Origin: Alphaproteobacteria bacterium
GTDB taxonomy: Bacteria; Pseudomonadota; Alphaproteobacteria; Rs-D84
Assembly: GCA_017475605.1 (NCBI GenBank)
Contig: JAFVFD010000005.1
Location: 360,001-392,000 of the forward strand
Direction: 5' to 3'
DNA: 32,000 nucleotides
The notes under the pieces were generated by a model. It searched no databases. It saw only the letters and a list, made by a program, of their open reading frames with translations, and was not told the DNA's origin. Both the position numbers and the translations under genes were made by a program. Position 1 is the stretch's first letter. Each line of letters starts with the position of its first letter. This document shows, in pieces, positions 22,336 through 31,527 of this stretch.

Positions 22336-24723
22336 TTACAATTGTGTCTTTACTTCTTGAACCTCGTAACATTCAACACGGTCGCCTTCTTTCAGGTCGT
22401 TGTATTTTTCAAAACTCATACCGAATTCGACACCGCTTGATACTTCTTTAACTTCGTTCTTTTCACGACGCAGTTCGCCGATTTTACCATCGTAAATAAC
22501 GACATTGTTGCGCAACAGGCGAACAAAGGCATCTTTCTTGATTGTACCTTCGGTAACGCGGCAACCCGCAACACGTACCCCTTTGCCAACGGTGAAAAGT
22601 GCGATAACATCGGCATATCCGATAAAGTTTTCTTTCTTTTCAGGGGCCAATTTACCCGACAAAATATCTTTGATTTCATCGGTTATGCGGTAAACAACAC
22701 TGTGATAACGAATGTCAACACCCGCACCACGTGCCATATCACGAACCGCGGCATCGGCACGAACATTAAACGCAATAATAACCGCATTTGATGCCGCCGC
22801 CAATCTTATATCGCCTTCGGTAATCTGGCCAACACCAGACGACAATATTTCTACCCCGGCCTTGTCAGAATTAATTTCACGCAACATATCGGTAATGGCT
22901 TCTACACTGCCCTGGACATCTGCGCGCAGAATAATTGGCAAGGTTAATTTCTTGGTTTCATCGCGTTTGGCAAATAATTCTTCCAGTGAAGAACGTTTAA
23001 CCGCGTTGGCCTTGTTCTTGGCTTGTTGTATGCGATATGCCGCGACTTCACGTGTTTGAGCCTCGGTTTCCATAACGTGTAATTCATCACCCGCAGATGG
23101 CACCGCATCCAACCCTAATACGATTGCTGGCTGTCCCGGTTTAACCGATTTAACGCGTTCGCCGGCGGAATTGATAAGCCCACGTACACGACCAAATGTT
23201 TCGCCAACAACGAAAACATCACCAATTTTCAATGTGCCCTGGCGAACCAAGACGGTTGCAACCGCCCCCAGTCCGCGTTCCATTTTTGCCTCTACTACGT
23301 GGGCAACGGCCGGCATTTCTGGATCGGCCTTTAAATCCATAATACTGGCCTGTAATAAAATAGCCTCTTCCAGTTTATCAAGGTTGATTTTCTGTTTAGC
23401 AGATATTTCAACGCATTGAACATCGCCACCCATTTCTTCTACCTGGACTTCCTGTTGTAACAAATCTGTTTTAACACGTTCTGGGTTGGCTTCTGGTAAA
23501 TCAATTTTGTTAATCGCAACAATGAATGGTACATTGGCCGCACGAATGTGGTTAATCGCTTCTATTGTTTGTGGCATAATAGAATCGTTTGCCGCAACAA
23601 CCAATACCACAATATCAGCCATTTGTGCACCACGCGCACGCATGGCGGTAAATGTTTCATGTCCCGGTGTATCCAAAAATGTAATCATTGGACCTGATTT
23701 AGATTTTACTTCGTACGCAGAAACATGCTGGGTAATACCACCCGCTTCGCCGGCAACAACATTTGCATTACGGAATGCGTCCAACAAAGATGTTTTACCA
23801 TGGTCAACATGTCCCACAACGGTAACGACCGGTGGACGTGGTTGTAATTTTGCTGGGTCTGGTTGACGTTCCAGTTGTTCTGCGTATGGTTTGACAACAA
23901 CGCGTTTGACGGTTGCGCCAAATTCACCCGCAACCAATTCGGCGGTATCTGCATCAATCGATTGATTGACGGATGCCATCATGCCCATTTCCATCAATTT
24001 TTTAATAACATTACCGACTTTTTCAGCCATCGCCGCCGCCAAATCTTTGACAGTAATTGTTTCGCCAATGGTAACTTCGTGGGAAACTTTTTGTGGGGCG
24101 GTAAATATAGCACGCGCTTTTTCGCGAAAACGTTTTAACGATGCTTCGGACCGGCGACGGTTTGCACCACGAATACCGATTTCTTCGTCATCATCTTCGC
24201 CACCGATAACAATGTCGTGGATAGATATTTTGCCGGCCTTTTTAAAGTCGCGTTTGAAATTATTTTTTTGTGGACGTTCATCATCAATATCGCGTTCATT
24301 GTTGCGATTGTTGCGTCCGGAATTATTATTGTTGTTCTGTTGTTTTTTTGGAGTATTTACAACCGGCGCTTTTTCTTCTGTATCGGCTGTATCAGCGGTA
24401 TTTTCGCGTGTTGCCAGTTTAGATTTAACCTGTTCGTATTCATCTGCTTCGCGGGCAATTTCTGCTTCGCGTGCGACGCGCGCGGCTTCTTCGGCGGCCT
24501 CTCTGGCTTTGCGTTCTTCTTCGCGGGCGCGTGCAGCCTCTAGAACGGCACGCAATTTTTCATCGGCCGCATTGTGTGGTTGGGTCGGTGTGGTCGGTTC
24601 TTCACGCAATTCTTTGCTGCCTGGGGCAACAATACGACGGCGACGTTCTACGAAAACGTTGTCGCCTTTCTTGCTTTGTACCGCATCGATTGTCACAGAT
24701 TTTCCAAGTGTCAATGTCGCCAT
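22336..24723 (-). CDS. infB: Translation initiation factor IF-2
   Basis: GTPase motifs [20 protein letters not shown] and NKID. The N-terminal region is charged and low-complexity ([26 protein letters not shown] run). A GGAG SD lies 7 nt upstream. Confidence 0.96.
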   Translation of the reverse strand: MATLTLGKSVTIDAVQSKKGDNVFVERRRRIVAPGSKELREEPTTPTQPHNAADEKLRAVLEAARAREEERKAREAAEEAARVAREAEIAREADEYEQVKSKLATRENTADTADTEEKAPVVNTPKKQQNNNNNSGRNNRNNERDIDDERPQKNNFKRDFKKAGKISIHDIVIGGEDDDEEIGIRGANRRRSEASLKRFREKARAIFTAPQKVSHEVTIGETITVKDLAAAMAEKVGNVIKKLMEMGMMASVNQSIDADTAELVAGEFGATVKRVVVKPYAEQLERQPDPAKLQPRPPVVTVVGHVDHGKTSLLDAFRNANVVAGEAGGITQHVSAYEVKSKSGPMITFLDTPGHETFTAMRARGAQMADIVVLVVAANDSIMPQTIEAINHIRAANVPFIVAINKIDLPEANPERVKTDLLQQEVQVEEMGGDVQCVEISAKQKINLDKLEEAILLQASIMDLKADPEMPAVAHVVEAKMERGLGAVATVLVRQGTLKIGDVFVVGETFGRVRGLINSAGERVKSVKPGQPAIVLGLDAVPSAGDELHVMETEAQTREVAAYRIQQAKNKANAVKRSSLEELFAKRDETKKLTLPIILRADVQGSVEAITDMLREINSDKAGVEILSSGVGQITEGDIRLAAASNAVIIAFNVRADAAVRDMARGAGVDIRYHSVVYRITDEIKDILSGKLAPEKKENFIGYADVIALFTVGKGVRVAGCRVTEGTIKKDAFVRLLRNNVVIYDGKIGELRREKNEVKEVSSGVEFGMSFEKYNDLKEGDRVECYEVQEVKTQL

Positions 24724-24740
24724 AAAATACTCCGTTTTTT

Positions 24741-24787
24741 AAAGTGTTCAGAGTACAAGTATTTGTACCCTGAACTTTATACACTTT
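24741..24787 (-). promoter_or_regulatory. Long imperfect hairpin in the nusA-infB junction
   Basis: A 13-bp stem (24746..24758 / 24763..24775) has one A-C mismatch and a 4-nt loop (GTAT as read on the plus strand). An outer AAAGTG/CACTTT extension overlaps the nusA stop codon. Confidence 0.45.
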
Positions 24788-26321
24788 ATTCTTCTGTTGT
24801 TATGCCATAGGCTAATTCACGCGCCTTCATAATCACGCGCCCAGCCAAGCGTTCGCTCATTGTGTCTTCGCCAATGATTTCAACCAATTCATCGGATGAC
24901 AGGTCGGCCAAATCGTCCAAAGACTTGATGCCGTTTTCGCCCAACTTCATAATGATTGGACGTTTGATGAAATCAAATTTCAACAAGTCATCTGACATGC
25001 CCATTTTGTGTCCGTTATCAATATAGTCTTGTTCGGCATGTGCCAAATAATCGCGTGCGCGTTTTTGTAATTCGGCCGCCAATTCAGAATTAAAGCCTTC
25101 GATAGATTCCAATTCCTTGATATCGACGAATGCGACTTCTTCGATTGTACGGAACCCTTCTGTGATTAACAGGTGGGCAATCATTTCGTCAACGTCCAGA
25201 CCACTGATAAACAATTCTGTCTTTTCCTTGAATTCACGTGCGCGACGTTCTTGTTCTTCGGCTTCGTTCATAACATCAATGTTCCAGCCCGTCAATTGAG
25301 ATGCCAAGCGGACATTTTGACCACGACGACCAATCGCCAAAGATTGTTGATCTTCGTTAACAACAACGGCCGCGGTGCGTGTATCTTCATCAACGATGAT
25401 TTTTGCTACCTTGGCGGGTTGCATCGCGTTAACGATAAATACAGCCGGGTCTTCGGAATACAAAATAACATCAATTTTTTCGCCATGGCATTCGTTGATA
25501 ACAGGCTGAATACGTGTACCCTTGATACCAACAGTCATACCAACCGCATCAATGGACGGATCAGATGTTTCCACCGCGATTTTTGCGTGTGAACCCGGTG
25601 CACGTGCCACAGATTTGATTTTAATTAAACCTTCATAGATTTCAGGCACTTCCTGGACAAACAATTTTTCCATAAACAATGGATGCGTACGGGTTAAAAA
25701 GATTTGTGGACCCGAATTAGAACGTGTTACGTCCATAATCAATGCGCGGACACGATCACCAACCGCCAAACGTTCGCCTGGGATTAATTCTGAACCCTTG
25801 ATATAACCTTCGGCCTTGCCGTTGATATCAACAAATACATTACCAAATTCAATGTGTTTAACAACGCCCGATACAATATCGCCAATGTTGTCTTTGAATT
25901 CTTCGTATTGACGACCCTTTTCGGCATCACGAACGCGGGCCGTCATTATTTGACGTGCGGTTTGGAATGCCATACGGCCAAATTCAGGTTCTGGTAATTG
26001 GTCTTCAACAGTATCGCCAACCGATGGGTTTTTAGCATATTTTTTAGCCTGGGCAACGGTTAACATTGTGCTTGGGTCATATTCTTCACCCGCAGATTCA
26101 GGCGATTCAATAACACTAAATAAACGTTTTACGTGGATTGCCCCGTTTTTGCGGTCAATGTTTGCGACAATATTAAATTCTTCGCCATATTTATGCTTGG
26201 CGATTTTGGCAATGGCCGCCTCTAATGATTCAATAACGATTTCGCGATCAATTTGTTTTTCCTGGGCCAGGGAATCGATGGCCAACAACAAATCTTGACG
26301 AGGCATAGATTCAAAAGACAT
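24786..26321 (-). CDS. nusA: Transcription termination/antitermination factor NusA
   Basis: N-terminal domain (LLLAIDSLAQEKQIDREIVIESLEAAI), S1 domain (GDIVSGVVKHIEFGNVFVDI), two KH domains (GIKGTRIQPV, IGRRGQNVRLASQLTGW) and a C-terminal HhH-like repeat. The start is set at MSFES (26321), with an AAGGAG SD 6 nt upstream. Confidence 0.94.
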   Translation of the reverse strand: MSFESMPRQDLLLAIDSLAQEKQIDREIVIESLEAAIAKIAKHKYGEEFNIVANIDRKNGAIHVKRLFSVIESPESAGEEYDPSTMLTVAQAKKYAKNPSVGDTVEDQLPEPEFGRMAFQTARQIMTARVRDAEKGRQYEEFKDNIGDIVSGVVKHIEFGNVFVDINGKAEGYIKGSELIPGERLAVGDRVRALIMDVTRSNSGPQIFLTRTHPLFMEKLFVQEVPEIYEGLIKIKSVARAPGSHAKIAVETSDPSIDAVGMTVGIKGTRIQPVINECHGEKIDVILYSEDPAVFIVNAMQPAKVAKIIVDEDTRTAAVVVNEDQQSLAIGRRGQNVRLASQLTGWNIDVMNEAEEQERRAREFKEKTELFISGLDVDEMIAHLLITEGFRTIEEVAFVDIKELESIEGFNSELAAELQKRARDYLAHAEQDYIDNGHKMGMSDDLLKFDFIKRPIIMKLGENGIKSLDDLADLSSDELVEIIGEDTMSERLAGRVIMKARELAYGITTEE

Positions 26322-26477
26322 ATGTTTCTCCTTGTATGTTATAATCGTCTTTCTTACTGAAAGAGCGGGGTTTTGCAACCCCGCCCTTAAATAAACTTTT
26401 AAGAACAAGCGTATTATTAACCCCGAATCGTCTAAAATCAAGCAAAAAATATATATTACAAATCGTTAATCACTTAA

Positions 26478-26506
26478 TTGACACCCGGGGGTTTGGGCTT
26501 TATACT
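26478..26506 (+). promoter_or_regulatory. Near-consensus promoter placing the TSS at or next to the lptF/G start codon (leaderless)
   Basis: TTGACA (26478..26483), 17-nt spacer, TATACT (26501..26506). The ATG at 26514 lies 7 nt after the -10. Confidence 0.5.
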
Positions 26507-26513
26507 GGGGATT

Positions 26514-27572
26514 ATGAGCATAATAAACAAGTATTTTTCGCGTCAATTAATAACGATTTTTGTTATGTTATTGGCGGTTTTGGCGGGTTTGGCATGGATG
26601 GTTCAGATTATGTCCATGATGAAATTCGTTCTTAACTATGGTGTACAGGTAAGCAGTTTTATCGGTCTTACCGCACTGATGATACCATTTATTATCGCAA
26701 TTATTATCCCATTTGTTACCTTTATCGCCATTATTTTTGTATATAACAAATTGATTGCTGATAACGAAGTAACGGTTATGGCATCTACTGGTTTGGCACC
26801 GCGACAAATTGCGCGCCCGGCGATGATGTTTGCGGTTGTGATGACTTTGATTCATCTTGGACTTAATATTTTTGTTGTGCCATCAACCCAGGCCAAGTTT
26901 TACGATACACAATGGAACCTGCGTTATGGGTTGGCGCATTTGAAATTACAAGAAGCGGCATTTACAGAATTGTCATCGGGGCTGGTTGTGTATGTTGACA
27001 AGGTTTCAGGTTATGATTTATCCCAGGTGATGTTGTCCGATATGCGAAATGAAAGGGCCGAAATGATTATTTTCGCAGAAAAAGGTAAATTGGTCGCGAC
27101 ACAACGCGGGCTGTCTATTGTTATGACAAATGGTTCAGTCCAGGGGCGTGGCGATATGATGGTGTCGGGTACCTTTGAAACGTTTGATATGGACCTTAAT
27201 GTTGCGGACAAGGGTGGAATGACGGGTTATCGTGTGCGCAGTGTTTCAACAGGTCAATTATTTCAAGATGTCCTTGATTCACCAACGGCAAAACGGCATC
27301 GGACGGTTTTAACAGAATTGGCAACGCGTCTTTTGGAACCGTTTATGAATATTATTTTGGCGGCACTTTGTTTGGCGATATTGTTGCGTACGTCGCTGTT
27401 GCGTAGACGGGCCAGTTTTGCGCCTGCGGCGGCGGTGGCATCAATGGCGGTTGTGATGGCTGTATTTATGTCCGCATCAAATATGATGAACAGTATTACA
27501 GATTTTGGTATTTTGTCGCTTGGGGTGTTGGGGACAATGATGGCGGTGGTTTTTGCGCTGTACAGAAAATAA
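26514..27572 (+). CDS. LPS export ABC permease, LptF/LptG (YjgP/YjgQ) family
   Basis: N-terminus MSIINKYFSRQLITIFVMLLAVLAGLAW, three TM helices, a periplasmic beta-jellyroll-like insert, then three TM helices. It lies immediately upstream of lptD. Confidence 0.85.
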   Translation: MSIINKYFSRQLITIFVMLLAVLAGLAWMVQIMSMMKFVLNYGVQVSSFIGLTALMIPFIIAIIIPFVTFIAIIFVYNKLIADNEVTVMASTGLAPRQIARPAMMFAVVMTLIHLGLNIFVVPSTQAKFYDTQWNLRYGLAHLKLQEAAFTELSSGLVVYVDKVSGYDLSQVMLSDMRNERAEMIIFAEKGKLVATQRGLSIVMTNGSVQGRGDMMVSGTFETFDMDLNVADKGGMTGYRVRSVSTGQLFQDVLDSPTAKRHRTVLTELATRLLEPFMNIILAALCLAILLRTSLLRRRASFAPAAAVASMAVVMAVFMSASNMMNSITDFGILSLGVLGTMMAVVFALYRK

Positions 27573-27575
27573 AAA

Positions 27576-29582
27576 ATGAAAAGATTGGTTGCGCTTTTAT
27601 CAATGTTAGGAATGGCAAATGCGTATGCGTTGCCATTGGATGTTAATTCGCCAAAAACTATCAAAAGCGAAAAAATTGAATACGATATTAAAACCGGTAC
27701 GGTCAAGACAACTGGTAAAACAGAAATTACAAATGCCGCCGGCCAGCGCATGACACTGAAAGATTCTTATATGTCTGGGCGTGGTCAAGAATTGTCGGGT
27801 GATGATATAAAGATATGGTTGGGACAACATGTCTATGTTGAATCGGATAATATAACCCGCAATGGCGATGATACTATTGCGCGGCACGCATCGTTTACGG
27901 CGTGCTATGATTGTGATAAGTTTGGAAATGCATGGAAAATAAACGCATCTAAAATTGTCCATGATATGTCGGACCGTATGTTAAGTTTCCATAATATGGT
28001 CTATTATATTTATGATGTGCCTGTGCTGTATTTGCCATACTATACCATGCCAGATCCGGGGGTTAAGCATAAAAGTGGGTTATTGATACCAAACATGGAA
28101 TCGACAAACAAGATGGGGTTACAAATCAACATCCCGTTATATTTGTATTTGTCAAATACGCATGATGCAACTTTTACACTTTCGTATTTAACCAAAGAAA
28201 ACCCGTTAATGCAGGCAGAACACAGATTGAATCTGGCGCATTCTGAATTCAGAACCCGCGGTTCATATACACATAATCGCGCAGGTGAAGATCGTTGGCA
28301 TATATTCAATGATGATGTAATTGAATTGGGTGAATATGCGCGTGCATCAATATTTATCGCGCGTGCATCTGACAAGACTTATTTACAGAAATACGGGTTC
28401 TATGAAGACCAACCGTATCTAGATTCGGGGGCACGTGTGGAATTATTTGGTCGTTCCAGTTATGCTGTTGCCGATGCGCATATATTCCAGGAATTACGCA
28501 GCAGCAGACGCAATGTTTCGGTCCCCGGTGGTAATATTTTGCCAAATATTCGCGGGGTATACCAATCTGACCCATTGTTTGCGGAAACATATTTTACATT
28601 ATCGGGTGATGTATTGGGCATTGTTGGGGACGGTACTTCATCGCAACGTATGGTGGGCGAAGCGCGTGTAACATCGCCATGGACATTATGGGGTGGAAAT
28701 CGTATAACGGCATCTGTCGCGGCGCGTTATGATTTATATAACTTTAACAATGTTGATATGGTTGATGGCGATAAATATAGCGGACTAAAAAATCGGTTCC
28801 TGCCAAATGGGTATGTCGAATGGGGTTTGCCTTTTATTAAATCTGGTGCAAATTGGACACAAACAATTGAACCGCGTGCGCGTTTAACGATGGTAAGAAA
28901 AACAAGCCAAGATGAATTTGCGCAAAACAACGATTCCGCCGGAACATTTCTGTCGGATACCGTTTTGTTTTCAGATAATCGATTTGCGGGATATGACCTT
29001 TGGGAAAATGGAACATTTGCAGATTATGGGGTGCGCTGGGCTGCATTTAACAACGATGGGCGTACGGTAGAAGTTTTCCTTGGGCAATCTTATGATTTAA
29101 CAGACAGGGCCGCAACCGATATAAACAGCGGGTTTCATGATGGTGCATCGGACTATGTTGGGCGCGTTGGTTTTAATAATTCTGATTGGCTGGATATATC
29201 AAGTCGTTTTCGTTTTGACCGCGACAGTTTTAATCTGCGACACGCAGAAACTTCGGCGGTTATTGGCAAGGAAAATTATATCACCATTGGGCATATTTGG
29301 GCGCGCCAGTTTATTGATGCGCAAACATTGGCACCCGATATTAACGAGGCAATGATTGGTACAGGATTTCGCATAACAGATCGTTGGTCGGTTCAATTTA
29401 ATGCGATTTATAATTGGACAGAAAATACGTTTTTGCGTCACAGTGGAACATTATTCTATAATCATCCATGCTATTATTTATCGTTGGGTTATCGTCGTGA
29501 TAATGCGGTACGCGAAGACTACGAAGGAAATACAACAATTCAATTTCGGTTTGGCATGACAATCGATGGACAGAAATATTAA
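27576..29582 (+). CDS. lptD: LPS-assembly outer membrane protein LptD
   Basis: Signal peptide MKRLVALLSMLGMANA, an OstA-like N-terminal domain, the conserved PYYTMPDPGVKHKSGLLIP motif, and a large beta-barrel-like C-terminal region. Confidence 0.9.
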   Translation: MKRLVALLSMLGMANAYALPLDVNSPKTIKSEKIEYDIKTGTVKTTGKTEITNAAGQRMTLKDSYMSGRGQELSGDDIKIWLGQHVYVESDNITRNGDDTIARHASFTACYDCDKFGNAWKINASKIVHDMSDRMLSFHNMVYYIYDVPVLYLPYYTMPDPGVKHKSGLLIPNMESTNKMGLQINIPLYLYLSNTHDATFTLSYLTKENPLMQAEHRLNLAHSEFRTRGSYTHNRAGEDRWHIFNDDVIELGEYARASIFIARASDKTYLQKYGFYEDQPYLDSGARVELFGRSSYAVADAHIFQELRSSRRNVSVPGGNILPNIRGVYQSDPLFAETYFTLSGDVLGIVGDGTSSQRMVGEARVTSPWTLWGGNRITASVAARYDLYNFNNVDMVDGDKYSGLKNRFLPNGYVEWGLPFIKSGANWTQTIEPRARLTMVRKTSQDEFAQNNDSAGTFLSDTVLFSDNRFAGYDLWENGTFADYGVRWAAFNNDGRTVEVFLGQSYDLTDRAATDINSGFHDGASDYVGRVGFNNSDWLDISSRFRFDRDSFNLRHAETSAVIGKENYITIGHIWARQFIDAQTLAPDINEAMIGTGFRITDRWSVQFNAIYNWTENTFLRHSGTLFYNHPCYYLSLGYRRDNAVREDYEGNTTIQFRFGMTIDGQKY

Positions 29583-29597
29583 TGGGGGATGTGTAAA

Positions 29598-30422
29598 ATG
29601 AAACCTTGTGTAATTATGGCTTTGTTGGTGATGTTGGTTTCGGTGCCGGCTTTTTCGGCAACGGTTGTGGCGACCGTTAATGGCACACCTGTTACAGATA
29701 CGGATATTACGGCACGAACAAAACTTATGGCGCGCCAGGGTAAAGTATCGACCGATAATCGTCGGGTTGCGTTGCAAAATATTATCGACGATTCTGTCAA
29801 ATTAAATTATGCGGCTAATTTTGGGGTGAAACCAACAGATGCCGATGCAGAAAAAGAATTAAAGCGCATGAATATGTCTGACCTGACCGCATCTGAACGG
29901 GCGATGGCGATATCTGCGATTAAGGCGGATATGGCATGGCAGGTTATTGTTGCGCGAACAATTTTACCAACGGTTGATGTGTCCGCCGAAGATGTACGTT
30001 CAATGAAAAATGATTTGGCGCGGGACCAGGGGTTGCCGATTGAAATGACGATTGTGCGCCTTACTGACATCCCAAGTGATGTTGCGGAAAAACTAACAAA
30101 ACCGAAAAATTGTGATGATGCGGTCCAAATGGCAGAAAAACTTGGTGGGTATCCGCAACGATTCACCGCACAGCAATATGAATTGTCGGCTGACATTCGT
30201 GCACGTGTGGTTGGGTTACCGACACTTACATGGTCGCCGGTTGTTGATGACAGTGTTTTATTGGTATGCAGTAGCAAGAAATCATCAGAATATGGAAAAC
30301 TGGATGATATTATTAAACAAAATGCCATGTTTAAACAGGCTATGTTTATTTCGGATCAACAATTGAAGCAACTGCGGCGGCGCGCGGTCGTTGTTATAAA
30401 TGATGACAGATATAAATTATAA
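29598..30422 (+). CDS. SurA-N-domain periplasmic chaperone-like protein
   Basis: Signal peptide (...LVSVPAFSA) followed by VVATVNGTPVTDTDI, typical of the SurA N-terminal domain. Its position after lptD matches the conserved lptD-surA synteny. A GGGGGA SD favours the ATG at 29598 over 29589. Confidence 0.7.
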   Translation: MKPCVIMALLVMLVSVPAFSATVVATVNGTPVTDTDITARTKLMARQGKVSTDNRRVALQNIIDDSVKLNYAANFGVKPTDADAEKELKRMNMSDLTASERAMAISAIKADMAWQVIVARTILPTVDVSAEDVRSMKNDLARDQGLPIEMTIVRLTDIPSDVAEKLTKPKNCDDAVQMAEKLGGYPQRFTAQQYELSADIRARVVGLPTLTWSPVVDDSVLLVCSSKKSSEYGKLDDIIKQNAMFKQAMFISDQQLKQLRRRAVVVINDDRYKL

Positions 30423-30423
30423 A

Positions 30424-31527
30424 ATGAAACCGGTATTATTTGATTTTAATGATTCAGAATTGGAAAAGTTTATAACAGACTTGGGCCAGCCACGTTTTCG
30501 CGCAAAACAAATTCGTGATTGGCTGTCGCGTGGTGCGCCAGATTTTGCGTCTATGAAAAATTTGCCGGCAAATTTACGTGAACAACTGGACGGGTGTGCG
30601 CAAACCCTGCCGGTGCGGTTAACTAAAAAACTGGAATCATCGGACGGACAAACGACCAAATTTTTATTGGAACTGGGCGATTGTGAACAGATTGAATGTG
30701 TTTTAATGCGCACCAGTTACGGCAACAGTGTTTGTGTCAGTTCCCAGGCAGGTTGTGCCATGGGGTGTCGTTTTTGTGCCAGTACACTGTTGGGTCTTAA
30801 ACGCAATTTAACTGTTAACGAAATGTTCGCGCAAATATTGATGGCACAATGGACATTACGCAACAGCACAGATGAAAAATCTATTCGCGCCAATGGTGAT
30901 GCGAATAACGATGATGTATCGCATATAGTAATTATGGGAACGGGTGAACCATTACAAAATACTGAAAATGTAATCGGTTTTATGGAACGCGCAAACGCGG
31001 AAATGGGCATCGGTTGGCGCCGCATCACATTATCAACATGCGGAATTGTGCCTGGTATTCGTCGATTGATAGAATGGGGACGACCGATAAACCTGGCCAT
31101 ATCTTTACACGCACCAACGGATGAATTACGCAGCCAAATTATGCCAATAAATAATAAATATAAATTAGAAGAGGTGTTGTCGGCGGCGGACGATTTCACA
31201 AATACCCATAATCGTCAGTTGATGATTGAATATATATTGTTGGGTAAACGCGATGAGAATGGCGAAACGGTGCTTTATAACGCGACACCTGAATATGCGG
31301 AAAAGTTGTCGGCATTGTTGCGTGGTAAAAATTGTATGGTGAATCTTATTCCATGGAACGCGGTTGATGAACGCGATTTTGCATCACCGTCCGGTAATGC
31401 CGTTCATCGTTTCCAGGATATTTTAATTAAAAACGGTATTCATACGCGCATTCGGAGGGAACGCGGAACAGATATTGGCTCTGCGTGTGGGCAATTGCGC
31501 CTTAAACACAAAAGGGGTGAACAATGA
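30424..31527 (+). CDS. rlmN: 23S rRNA/tRNA adenine-C2 methyltransferase RlmN (radical SAM)
   Basis: N-terminal FRAKQIRDWL, radical-SAM cluster CAMGCRFCAS, GTGEPL, and C-terminal GSACGQL. The start is set at MKPVLFDF (30424), 1 nt after the surA-like stop. Confidence 0.93.
   Translation: MKPVLFDFNDSELEKFITDLGQPRFRAKQIRDWLSRGAPDFASMKNLPANLREQLDGCAQTLPVRLTKKLESSDGQTTKFLLELGDCEQIECVLMRTSYGNSVCVSSQAGCAMGCRFCASTLLGLKRNLTVNEMFAQILMAQWTLRNSTDEKSIRANGDANNDDVSHIVIMGTGEPLQNTENVIGFMERANAEMGIGWRRITLSTCGIVPGIRRLIEWGRPINLAISLHAPTDELRSQIMPINNKYKLEEVLSAADDFTNTHNRQLMIEYILLGKRDENGETVLYNATPEYAEKLSALLRGKNCMVNLIPWNAVDERDFASPSGNAVHRFQDILIKNGIHTRIRRERGTDIGSACGQLRLKHKRGEQ

Noticed and set aside
23966-24742. A 258-aa plus-strand ORF, and several other plus-strand ORFs across 22505..24810
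   Set aside because: They are antisense to the strongly supported infB. The translations are low-complexity and Ser/Ala/Arg-rich, typical of shadow ORFs opposite a GC-biased coding frame.
26322-26441. The 40-codon N-terminal extension of the nusA ORF, or a rimP remnant
   Set aside because: A strong AAGGAG SD precedes the internal ATG at 26321, which gives the canonical NusA N-terminus. The extension covers the hairpin and promoter region and shows no RimP-like sequence.
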